Numbered from the stretch's first letter, positions 37,638 to 46,301 are shown. The stretch: 61,641 nucleotides of DNA from a virus (IMGVR_UViG_3300049893_001527:1-61641); one strand, 5' to 3'. Made by a program: numbers and translations. Notes: a model not told the origin generated them from the sequence alone.

Positions 37638-39224
37638 ATGGCTATGGATACTAAAGATAAAATTAATCAATTTGAACAACGTTTGGCTTCTTTAGCGAAG
37701 GGTTTGGGCGGGGGTTTACCGTCAGACCAAGAAATCCATGATATAACAGAAGAAAAGGGTAGGGCACAATCCCTACAAACTAAACAGGGTGAATCAATGT
37801 CAGGACAAGATGAATTTGGGGCAGTATTTCAAGCTTTAATGTCGTTGAAGAAATCCGAAGATTTTATATTAAATAAACAAGAAGATTTAATAGATTTAAA
37901 GAATTCAAATGATCCAGACAAACGCTTTAAGTCCGTAGGTGGCAAAGGCGCAGTAGTACCAGAAGACAAAAAGGCCAAAGTAATACCTGCACCGGGTTCT
38001 GGTGGTAAGAAATCAAAGGGTCGTCCCGGCAAAAGAGTTAAGCCCAACACTAAGGCTGTATCTACCAAGGTTACTAGAGTAACTGTTACTATAGCCAAGA
38101 ATGAAGATTGTATGGATTGTCATGGAACTGGCACTATACCAACCGCTTGCCCTAGTTGTGTTACTGAACCCATAGACAATACTTACGAGGAAGTTACTAA
38201 ACCTATAGGTGATGCACCAGACAACACTTATGGGGAAGGTTTTGACCAATTGACTCAGGGTTCCGAAGCGGCCCCTGCGCCAGAAGTAATGGATTCGTTA
38301 ACTGATGGCGTAGATGAATCTGATGCCAGAGAAACAATGGCAGAACTGAAACTATCTGAATTTACTGGTGTTTTTGAGGCTTTGGCTAAGGGTGGAGCTA
38401 AGTGGTCCCAAAGGGATATGATTAGAACAGGTGGTGTCCCAAAAGCTGCTATGACGGCTACTGGTTCTGATGTTCCTGCTCCTAAAACGGATCCGGGTTT
38501 GGGAACAAGAACAATAGATTTGGGTGACCAACCAACTGAAAGCGTAGCTTTAGCTCAACCACAACCAAAGTCTACATTACCTACTACTCCTAAAGCTGGT
38601 GGTAGTGTAGTTAGAACAACTGGCAAAATTGGCCCAACTAAAATAGATTTTACTGGTGGCGGACAACCTTTACAAGTACAAGAAAACGTTGGTGGCCGAG
38701 GAAATAAAGCGCCTACTACCCCACCCATTCCAACACCCGCGGGTAAAACGCACCAAAAGGGCGTTCCGGGTTCTCAAGCGGCAGTAGGAACAAAACCGGG
38801 ATTTGTTGGTCAAATGGTTAATAAAGTAAAGGGAGTATTAGGCAAAAGCAATGGTAAGCCAGTACCAGAACCAGCGGCTAAGTTAGATGCCCATACCGAA
38901 CAATTTAAAGCCCAAAACGATGAATTAGAGTCCAAGCAAAGGGCTAAACAAGCTATAGCAGAACACCGGAAAAAAATATTAGGTAAGTCATTGGGGCCAG
39001 TACCGGTTAAGACACAAGAACATCATTTAGATAATGGTCAACCATTACAAAAAACCCCCAATTCCGACCCATTTGCGGCAATATGGGCTTGTTTAAATAA
39101 TAATAATTTAGATAAGAATTGTGGTGCTGCGCCAATGTCGGCCCCTAATCCGGCGATAGCCAAGTCAGAAATACCTAATTTATTAAGACAATTAGCAGAA
39201 TTAGCCAAAAAAGAAGGCTTGTAA
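37638..39224 (+). CDS. Low-complexity late protein with many LxK motifs and a CxxCxGxG...CxxC Zn finger
   Basis: LAKG, LKKSE, IAKNE, LAKGG, LGKS x2, IAKSE; CMDCHGTG...CPSC; start may be ATG 37644. Confidence 0.65.
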   Translation: MAMDTKDKINQFEQRLASLAKGLGGGLPSDQEIHDITEEKGRAQSLQTKQGESMSGQDEFGAVFQALMSLKKSEDFILNKQEDLIDLKNSNDPDKRFKSVGGKGAVVPEDKKAKVIPAPGSGGKKSKGRPGKRVKPNTKAVSTKVTRVTVTIAKNEDCMDCHGTGTIPTACPSCVTEPIDNTYEEVTKPIGDAPDNTYGEGFDQLTQGSEAAPAPEVMDSLTDGVDESDARETMAELKLSEFTGVFEALAKGGAKWSQRDMIRTGGVPKAAMTATGSDVPAPKTDPGLGTRTIDLGDQPTESVALAQPQPKSTLPTTPKAGGSVVRTTGKIGPTKIDFTGGGQPLQVQENVGGRGNKAPTTPPIPTPAGKTHQKGVPGSQAAVGTKPGFVGQMVNKVKGVLGKSNGKPVPEPAAKLDAHTEQFKAQNDELESKQRAKQAIAEHRKKILGKSLGPVPVKTQEHHLDNGQPLQKTPNSDPFAAIWACLNNNNLDKNCGAAPMSAPNPAIAKSEIPNLLRQLAELAKKEGL

Positions 39225-39264
39225 TAAGCCCTAATCTAAGGTATGTTTACGGAGATTTAATAAA

Positions 39265-42192
39265 ATGGCCCAATCATTTACTACGGACGATGGCAGCATA
39301 TTAATTATTCCCGGGGCTTATCCTCAAGTCAAGGTTCAAAAGACCAATGCTGGTTTAGCGGCAGTAGGGGTATTAGCTTTGGTAGGGGAAGCCGATGCTG
39401 GTCCAGATCATTCCGCTGAATCTGATTTATCAGAAGTCTTTTTCGGACCAGACCAAGAAGCAGATGTAGTAGCTAAATATAAGTCAGGTAACCTAGTAGA
39501 TGCTTTCCGTGCAGCAGTAGCAGCGGCTAATGACCCAGCTATTACCGGGGCTCCTACTGGTGTTTATCTATTAAAGACCAATGTAAGTGGTAAGGCTCAA
39601 TCTGAAATGGATCGGGCTGGTTTGACGGATTATGCTGTATTAGCTGATAAAACATATGGTAAAACTGGTAACTTTTTGTATTGGAACGTCCAAACCGATA
39701 CTGCCGAATCTGCGCCTACTACCGGTAATTTCGTTTATGTACCATTTATTACATTAACTGCTCCTAGCCCAATTTGGCACGTAAATGGTGGGACAGCCCT
39801 TTCACACGCAAATATTGGTACAACTGGCCAATCACCAAATGAATTTGTACGCCAAATTAACGTTAACTTAACTGGTGTAATGGCTACTGGTGGTACTAAT
39901 CGTAATGTATTGTCATCTTTCGTAGATGCAAATACATTAGCTTTAAACGTAACTGCTGGAAATGACGCGGTTATTACTGGTAGCGTAGCATGGGGAACCA
40001 ATCCAACTGCCGGGGATATCTTAATTATTGCCAAGGCTACCGATGGTATTACTGGCGTAGCTCAAGCATCGGTATTATTGGGTGCTGGTAATGCAAATTG
40101 GGGTGCATGGATTGTAACTAGCGCAACCAATACAACTATTAACGTAACCAAAATCAGGGATATGAATGCTGCTACCGTAACAGCGCCAGCAAACGTAGTA
40201 GCTACTGCGGTAGATACTGAACACACCGATATCTTGGTATTTGCTCCGGTTGTAGTAAAGAATATGACCGGCACAAATCGTAGTATTCTAACTGGTAAGG
40301 TAGGTAATGCCATTAGTTGTGTAGCGTCTGGTTCAACTTTGACTGTTACATTGGCTAGCGGTTGGGCTTCTAGACCACAAATCGGTGACATAGCTTATTT
40401 GGCTTCTACGGCAACTGGTATTGCTGGTGCGGCTACTGCAAGTCCTGCGCCAACTGCTAACGAAAACGTTGGTTGGTGGGAAGTAACTAGTTCAACCACT
40501 ACTACGGTTACATTAAATGCATTAAACGGTCAAACTCCCGGTAATGATGCCGGAACCGTTCAAGGCGTAACTGATTTAGTGGTTTACCGTCCCACAATAG
40601 ACGGTACTGGCAAAACAATGGAAATTGCTGGTACAAGTCTAACCGATTTCGTTAAGACTACTGGTGGGGCAGCCGTAAGCTGGATTTCTACTGCTGGAAG
40701 TCCTTATGTAATAACGTCTACTGCCGAACAAACACAAACCCTAAATGTATTACGTTCAACTGACACTACCAATGAAGAAATCACCGAAGGTGGTACGGTA
40801 GTATTGAAACTAGGGTATGAAGGTTCCGGCGCAAGCACCGTAACTATTACAAATACTCAACTATCCACTAGCGTAACTGGTGGAACTGGTACTAACCAAA
40901 CCTTATTGTTCAAGGATTTCACTACAGTAGCGGCTTTGGCTACTTATTTAAATAACCAAACAGGATATACTTGTGAAGTTGGTTCAGCATTAGTAGGCCA
41001 ACTACCACTACAAAAGGTATTCCTAGTAGCGGACGTACAAACAAAGAAATCCGTGTTAGATTTGGGTACTTACGGCATTTTGGGTACTTACGATGGTGCA
41101 ATGCCATGCCGTATCAAGCACGACGCTTACGCTTTCAATGAAGAACTAATGGCTGTAAGTGCCTCAGTCCAACTAGGGACAGACGATGACGGGTCAATCA
41201 AGCGGGACCAAGGATTACCTGAATCTACTATTGACCCTGTTACTGGCCAACCATTTAATACATTCTTAAGTGGTGGAACCAAGGGCTCAACTACTAATAC
41301 ATTAGTAGACGGTGCCATTGACGCTTGCGAATCCCTACGTTTGAATTTCTTGGTTACTCTATTTAGCCAAGACGCTACAGACGACATAGCAGAAAACTTG
41401 ACAGAATCAGGTTCTACTTATACTATTGACTCTATCAATGCATTAGTAAAGACACACGTAATTAAAATGTCTACTACTAAGCGTCGTCGCCACCGTCAAG
41501 GATGTGTTTCAAAGCGTGGTAGCTTTACAGAAGCTAAGACTGCTGCTAATAACTTGGCTAACTACCGTGTAAATTGTGCATTCCAAGATGTAAAACAATT
41601 AGATTCAACTGCTACTATCAAGCAATTCCACCCTTGGATGGGTTCAGTATTAGCTGCTGGTATGCAAGCTGCTGCCTTTAACAAATCAATCCTAAACAAA
41701 GGTATTAATTGTTCAGGGATTTTGATGGGCGACGGGTCATTTAATGACCAATTGGATTCTGACCTAGAATCAGCCCTAAAGAATGGTTTATTGGTGGCTC
41801 GTAGAACGGAAGACGGACGCTTGGTATGGGTAGCAGACCAAACTACTTATGCTACGGATTCAAATTTCGTTTACAATTCAATGCAAGCCATTTATTGTGC
41901 GGATATCGTATCGTTGTCAACCGCACAACGTATGGAACGTGCATTCGTAGGGGAATCTCTAGCCGATGTTTCAGCTACGGCTGCATTATCATTCTTGAAG
42001 GGCGTAATGTTGGATTTCCTACGCCTAAAGCTAACTGTAGGGGATGATGAAGCGCCACTAGGTTTCCGTAATGCCCGTATTCAAATCAGCGGTAATACAA
42101 TGAAAGTATCGCTAGAAGTCAAACTAGCTACCGCTATCGTATTTATCCCAATCAGTTTCTTGGTAACAGAAGTACAATCTTCCGCAGGTTAA
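39265..42192 (+). CDS. Tail sheath protein with large internal insertion
   Basis: PGAY, LALVGEA.GP N-terminus; LSGGT.G, C-terminal sheath domain (V.DQTT, F.G, V...FIPI); 975 aa. Confidence 0.88.
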   Translation: MAQSFTTDDGSILIIPGAYPQVKVQKTNAGLAAVGVLALVGEADAGPDHSAESDLSEVFFGPDQEADVVAKYKSGNLVDAFRAAVAAANDPAITGAPTGVYLLKTNVSGKAQSEMDRAGLTDYAVLADKTYGKTGNFLYWNVQTDTAESAPTTGNFVYVPFITLTAPSPIWHVNGGTALSHANIGTTGQSPNEFVRQINVNLTGVMATGGTNRNVLSSFVDANTLALNVTAGNDAVITGSVAWGTNPTAGDILIIAKATDGITGVAQASVLLGAGNANWGAWIVTSATNTTINVTKIRDMNAATVTAPANVVATAVDTEHTDILVFAPVVVKNMTGTNRSILTGKVGNAISCVASGSTLTVTLASGWASRPQIGDIAYLASTATGIAGAATASPAPTANENVGWWEVTSSTTTTVTLNALNGQTPGNDAGTVQGVTDLVVYRPTIDGTGKTMEIAGTSLTDFVKTTGGAAVSWISTAGSPYVITSTAEQTQTLNVLRSTDTTNEEITEGGTVVLKLGYEGSGASTVTITNTQLSTSVTGGTGTNQTLLFKDFTTVAALATYLNNQTGYTCEVGSALVGQLPLQKVFLVADVQTKKSVLDLGTYGILGTYDGAMPCRIKHDAYAFNEELMAVSASVQLGTDDDGSIKRDQGLPESTIDPVTGQPFNTFLSGGTKGSTTNTLVDGAIDACESLRLNFLVTLFSQDATDDIAENLTESGSTYTIDSINALVKTHVIKMSTTKRRRHRQGCVSKRGSFTEAKTAANNLANYRVNCAFQDVKQLDSTATIKQFHPWMGSVLAAGMQAAAFNKSILNKGINCSGILMGDGSFNDQLDSDLESALKNGLLVARRTEDGRLVWVADQTTYATDSNFVYNSMQAIYCADIVSLSTAQRMERAFVGESLADVSATAALSFLKGVMLDFLRLKLTVGDDEAPLGFRNARIQISGNTMKVSLEVKLATAIVFIPISFLVTEVQSSAG

Positions 42193-42207
42193 TAGGAGCA
42201 AATAAAT

Positions 42208-43794
42208 ATGCCTAGTTCAACAAATTGGAGAGAAACAACCGCTTTACCTACTACCCGTTATCAACCGGGGGTAGTAGTGCATAACGGGTGTTTGGTAGTA
42301 GCTGGTGGCGCTAGTTCTTTAACGCCTAGTGCTTATGGTGCTTTGGCAACAGTTATTACTGCTAAAATAACTGGTAGCGGGGAACTAGGTACTTGGACTA
42401 GCTGTACCAGTTTACCAGCGGCACAAATCCCAGCCGATACAGTAGCTCTTAATGGATTTATTTATTTGATTGGGGCGGCTAGAGGGGCATTAAGTAACCG
42501 TACCGTACAATATGGTCGTTTATTGCCAAATGGTCAAATTAATTCATGGGCTACCCAACAATTACCATTTGATGCGGTAGTAACTAAAGTATTAGTTAAC
42601 CGTAATCAAATATTTGCTTTCGGAACAGACGGTGCCTCTACTCAAATCTGGAAAGCCGCTGTCAATAGTGACGGTACGTTTGGACGTTGGACTAGTGCAG
42701 GAACTTTGCCAACCGCCAACCTAACTCCAAAATCAGTATGGCTAGTAGATAATAAAGTATGGCTACATTTGGATGGTGGTACGGTTTATGTAGGTAATAT
42801 GGATTCTACCGATGGTGTTGGTGGATGGGTTACAGTTAGCCCACCAGTAACATTGGCTGGTGCAGAATTAATATTAACCAAAAACCGGGTATATTTGATG
42901 GGTGGAGCCAATACTACCCCTGAAATAGATATTGCCGTAGTAGCCAAAGCTAATTTGGTAGACGGTGAAACCCTAACAATTTCAGATGGTTTGCGTACAG
43001 AAGTCTTTGAATTTGACGTAGCTGGGGACGGGGTTGTAGCTGGTAGAGTACAAGTAAACGTTTCAGCAGACGTTACAGCAGAAGACGTAGAGGCTAGACT
43101 AATTACTGCAATCAACGGGACGAGCCTAGCGGTTACAGCCAGCAACGGTGGGGCCGGTGTAGTGGCTGTCCTACGGGACAGCGTAGGATTCCTAAGTGCC
43201 GATGACACGGTGGCGGACGATGCGTTCACGGTTACCAGCGTAACGGCGGCTGGGGGTCAAATGGTTGCTTATAGTATGGAATTAGATTCCAGAGGGCAAC
43301 CAAGAACATTGACTTGGGATAATGAAACTCCGCTATTAGCTAGCAGACAATCACCTAAGATAGTAGTAGACGATAGTTCTAAGTATTGCTGGGTATTAGG
43401 TGGATTAGTAGGAAGTCCAGAAATCGACATTACTGTAGTTGCTAAGGCAAGTTTGGCCGATACCGATACTTTGACTATTTCAGATGGGATTGTAACTAAA
43501 GTATTCGAATTCGATACTGCTGGTGACGGTGTAACTTCTGGTAGAGTACAAGTAAACGTTTCAACAGACGTTACAGCAGAAGATGTAGAAGCCCGTTTGA
43601 TTACAGCGATTAACAACACAACCTTGGACGTAACTGCTGCTAATAGTGGGGCAGGTAAGGTTGCAGTAAGTAGGGATACTCCGGGGACGTTGGTAATTAC
43701 AGAATCAGTAATAAATGCTGGTTTTACCGTAACAGCAGCTAATCAAAGGTCAACACCGCTATTAGCGAATAACGTATATGTAAGAATGCTGTAA
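42208..43794 (+). CDS. Kelch-like beta-propeller protein with two inserted DG..FEFD..AIN domains
   Basis: LP..R...VV...LVVAGG, G.LG.W...LP, IYLIG, VYLMGG, WVLGG blades; two near-identical ~100 aa repeats. Confidence 0.7.
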   Translation: MPSSTNWRETTALPTTRYQPGVVVHNGCLVVAGGASSLTPSAYGALATVITAKITGSGELGTWTSCTSLPAAQIPADTVALNGFIYLIGAARGALSNRTVQYGRLLPNGQINSWATQQLPFDAVVTKVLVNRNQIFAFGTDGASTQIWKAAVNSDGTFGRWTSAGTLPTANLTPKSVWLVDNKVWLHLDGGTVYVGNMDSTDGVGGWVTVSPPVTLAGAELILTKNRVYLMGGANTTPEIDIAVVAKANLVDGETLTISDGLRTEVFEFDVAGDGVVAGRVQVNVSADVTAEDVEARLITAINGTSLAVTASNGGAGVVAVLRDSVGFLSADDTVADDAFTVTSVTAAGGQMVAYSMELDSRGQPRTLTWDNETPLLASRQSPKIVVDDSSKYCWVLGGLVGSPEIDITVVAKASLADTDTLTISDGIVTKVFEFDTAGDGVTSGRVQVNVSTDVTAEDVEARLITAINNTTLDVTAANSGAGKVAVSRDTPGTLVITESVINAGFTVTAANQRSTPLLANNVYVRML

Positions 43795-43828
43795 ATGGAA
43801 GCTAATCTTAGGGGATAAGGTAGATTAA

Positions 43829-44296
43829 ATGGGTACTACAGCTAAAACAATGACGGGGGCGCGGGCCCGTTTGATAGTGGATGGGAAATTGATAGGTATT
43901 TTCCAAGAATGCCGTTATGCCTTACAATTCCATTCTGCCCCGGTATATATATTAGGTAATTATGCTCCCCAAGAAATTACCTTAACGAGTCAGGAACCAG
44001 TAACGGTAGTTTGTACGGGTTGGCGTGTAATAGATTTAGGGCCACATTCCGCCCAAGGCGGCAAAGTCCCGCGCCTACAAGACCTATTGCAGCATGAAGA
44101 CATAAGTATCTCGATTTTTGATCGTCAAACAAATAAAGAAATAATGACAGTAGTAGGTGTAAGACCGACCGGATATAGTACAGACCTAGCAACAGGAAAT
44201 CAACAACGAATTACAGTAACATTCCAAGGATTAAAACTAAGCGACGAAACAGGCGACCAAGACGATATCGGTGGAGTAAAATACGGGACTCCTTAA
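43829..44296 (+). CDS. Tail tube protein
   Basis: 155 aa after the sheath; TGARA.L.VDG..IG, V..LG...P.E, V.F.GL pattern; late motif upstream. Confidence 0.78.
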   Translation: MGTTAKTMTGARARLIVDGKLIGIFQECRYALQFHSAPVYILGNYAPQEITLTSQEPVTVVCTGWRVIDLGPHSAQGGKVPRLQDLLQHEDISISIFDRQTNKEIMTVVGVRPTGYSTDLATGNQQRITVTFQGLKLSDETGDQDDIGGVKYGTP

Positions 44297-44320
44297 CTAA
44301 TTAGTTAAATCCCGGCAATT

Positions 44321-44360
44321 TAAACCCCCGATATCCAAGCGGTATCGGGGGTTTAGTTTT
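44321..44360 (+). terminator. Rho-independent terminator after the tube gene
   Basis: taaacccccgata-loop-tatcgggggttta followed by GTTTT. Confidence 0.85.
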
Positions 44361-44400
44361 ATAGAGTTTAGACAAATGTAGGGCCCGGGTGCGACGGGAG

Positions 44401-44429
44401 TTGACACCCGGGGGTCGTAGTGGTAGGGT
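44401..44429 (+). promoter_or_regulatory. sigma70-type promoter of the tRNA array
   Basis: TTGACA-N17-TAGGGT with GTGG extension; same architecture at 48879. Confidence 0.75.
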
Positions 44430-44489
44430 GGTTGTGTTGGCGCGGTTGGCAGCAAGAACCGCTACAACGGTGAAAACTGAATAGCAAGT

Positions 44490-44562
44490 GCATTGTGATG
44501 CGATTGGTATCGCAGTTACGCTGTCTACGTAATGAAAGCGGGTTCGATTCCCCTACAATGCG
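44490..44562 (+). tRNA. tRNA-Asp(GTC)
   Basis: gcattgt/acaatgc acceptor, loop CTGTCTA, GGTTCGATTCC. Confidence 0.85.
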
Positions 44563-44572
44563 TGTGTTTTAT

Positions 44573-44643
44573 GCGCGTATCGTCTAATGGCAAGACTGGA
44601 GCCTCCAAAACTCTTAACGTGGGTTCGATTCCTACTGCGCGCG
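44573..44643 (+). tRNA. tRNA-Trp(CCA)
   Basis: gcgcgta/tgcgcgc, loop CTCCAAA, canonical T arm. Confidence 0.88.
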
Positions 44644-44764
44644 TTTTTGGGTCGTATAAAGTGTAACAAATACGCTCTTAGCAAATGGTTTGACAAATGT
44701 CAAACAAATACTAGGGGAGATATTGGTCGTCCTATTTCGGACAATCCAATCCCAAAATTATTAC

Positions 44765-44848
44765 AGGGGTATAGTCTAATTGGCAAGACAGCGGGCTTTG
44801 ACCCCGCCGGGCGGAAGCCCATTCTAGGTTCGAATCCTAGTACCCCTT
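44765..44848 (+). tRNA. tRNA-Gln(TTG) with atypical long variable arm
   Basis: aggggta/tacccct, gcggg-CTTTGAC-cccgc, variable hairpin gggc-ggaa-gccc. Confidence 0.8.
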
Positions 44849-44850
44849 TT

Positions 44851-45249
44851 ATGAAACTACTAGTAACTGGTGACCGTAATTATACTAATTATAGTATAGT
44901 ATACGAAACAATTAAAATAATACAACCAACATTAGTAATACATGGTGCTTGTAAAGGGCTGGATTTGTTGGCTGATAAAGCCGCTAAAGCATTATGTATT
45001 AAAACACATTCAGAACCGGCCAAATGGGACACTTATAAGAAAGCGGCTGGTCCTATTAGAAATCGGGTTATGTTGGAAATGAAACCGGATTTAGTAGTTG
45101 GTTTTCACGATAATATAGCGTCATCGAGTGGCACAAAGGATATGTTGACAGCAGCCATCAACGCTGGTACAGTTGTCTGGCTGGTGCAACGAGGATTGTA
45201 TTACCCGCTTAAATCCATACCGGATTTAGTAGACCTAATGGTGGAATAA
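44851..45249 (+). CDS. YspA/SLOG-family (DUF2493-like) protein
   Basis: LLVTGDRNY, VIHGACKGLD, A.W..Y.KAAGPIRN..ML, GTKDM; true start ATG 44851. Confidence 0.85.
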   Translation: MKLLVTGDRNYTNYSIVYETIKIIQPTLVIHGACKGLDLLADKAAKALCIKTHSEPAKWDTYKKAAGPIRNRVMLEMKPDLVVGFHDNIASSSGTKDMLTAAINAGTVVWLVQRGLYYPLKSIPDLVDLMVE

Positions 45250-45387
45250 ATGTTAGAAATCCATACCTATTATTTGGTTTTTGATTTTGTTCAAAAACCG
45301 GAACTTTCAACTAATGAGGTTTGGTATCAAATTCGATTGATTCATCAAAAGTATCCAGTTAAAATACAAACCGCTAAAGCAGAATAA
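45250..45387 (+). CDS. Small hypothetical protein (45 aa)
   Basis: ATG directly after the previous stop; open frame up to the next tRNA. Confidence 0.4.
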   Translation: MLEIHTYYLVFDFVQKPELSTNEVWYQIRLIHQKYPVKIQTAKAE

Positions 45388-45400
45388 ATTTAGCCTATAC

Positions 45401-45474
45401 AGGCTCATAGCTCAACTGGTTAGAGCACCTGCCTTATAAGCGGGAGGTTTCGGGTTCGAGCCCCGATGGGCCTA
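45401..45474 (+). tRNA. tRNA-Ile(TAT)
   Basis: aggctca/tgggcct, loop CTTATAA, canonical D and T arms. Confidence 0.9.
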
Positions 45475-45492
45475 ACAAACACGGAGACACAA

Positions 45493-45678
45493 ATGCTTAA
45501 TACTGGATTAAAGGCTTCTGAATTAATTAAACTTTTGCAGCAGTTTATAAAACAGCATGGTGACCAACAAGTATTTTGTGGTGGTACGGATTATCCGGGT
45601 GGAGTTAAGGATATTTTAGTAAACAAGTATGGCGATGCTTATACCCCTAAAGACGTATTTGTAATACGTCACCATTGA
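45493..45678 (+). CDS. Hypothetical protein
   Basis: GGAG RBS, ATG 45493. Confidence 0.6.
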   Translation: MLNTGLKASELIKLLQQFIKQHGDQQVFCGGTDYPGGVKDILVNKYGDAYTPKDVFVIRHH

Positions 45679-45783
45679 GCTTGAAAATGAAGCACGCTCT
45701 AGTTTGCGTAGAACCATATAACGACAACATGGTGTATGCCGTTAAGGTGCCATTTATTACACAGTTTACAAAAAGCTTTCAAT

Positions 45784-45867
45784 GGAAAGTTAGCCTAATG
45801 GTAAGGCAAAGGTTTGCTACACCTTGGGGGTGAAAACTCCTTAAGAGTTCGATTCTCTTACTTTCCG
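45784..45867 (+). tRNA. tRNA-Ser(GCT)
   Basis: ggaaagt/actttcc, loop TTGCTAC, long variable arm, G73. Confidence 0.85.
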
Positions 45868-45868
45868 C

Positions 45869-45954
45869 AGGACTAATATTAGGTATAATTATTATTACGA
45901 TTTAATGACGATTAAATACGAATAATAAGAGGGTTCAAATCCCTTGAAGTCCTA
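45869..45954 (+). ncRNA. tRNA-like RNA with long AT-rich arm and no anticodon loop
   Basis: aggact/agtcct closing stem, T arm agggTTCAAATccct, internal tattatt...aataata hairpin. Confidence 0.4.
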
Positions 45955-46036
45955 TGTCAAGGCTTGGCGCATGATTTGGGCGGTCCCCGAATTAGGCTGG
46001 TTCGATTCCAGTAATCTGACGTTAGAAGGAAAACAA

Positions 46037-46240
46037 ATGACACAACAAGAAATCCGTACTAAGTATAATGATTTAACCACTAAAATAAATAATTTAATGG
46101 CAGAAGTAAGGTCTTTACAATCCAGTTGTAAGCACCCGAATTACATTGAATACTCACACAGGGATTTTTGGGAAAAAACGTGTAGAGATTGTTGTTTGGT
46201 ATGGGATAATGTGTATAATACGATAGACGAGCCGGATTAA
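46037..46240 (+). CDS. Small coiled-coil + CxH...CxxC protein (paralog 1)
   Basis: AAGGA RBS; LQSSCKHP...CRDC. Confidence 0.6.
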   Translation: MTQQEIRTKYNDLTTKINNLMAEVRSLQSSCKHPNYIEYSHRDFWEKTCRDCCLVWDNVYNTIDEPD

Positions 46241-46301
46241 TTAAATGGTATAATACCTGCCTTGTAAACAGGTTTTCTCAGTTCGATTCTGAGATTCGGC
46301 A
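46231..46301 (+). tRNA. tRNA-Thr(TGT)
   Basis: gccggat/attcggc, loop CTTGTAA. Confidence 0.85.

Noticed and set aside
44587-44850. N-terminal extension of ORF 44587..45249
   Set aside because: Runs through tRNA-Trp and tRNA-Gln; the SLOG domain starts at ATG 44851. The same over-extension applies to ORF-track starts 45466, 45944, 47930, 48280, 50096, 50386, 52166, 52498 and 53201.
45680-45783. Possible small ORF (MKHALVCVEP...) or RNA before tRNA-Ser
   Set aside because: No RBS, frame runs into the tRNA, and pairing is weak
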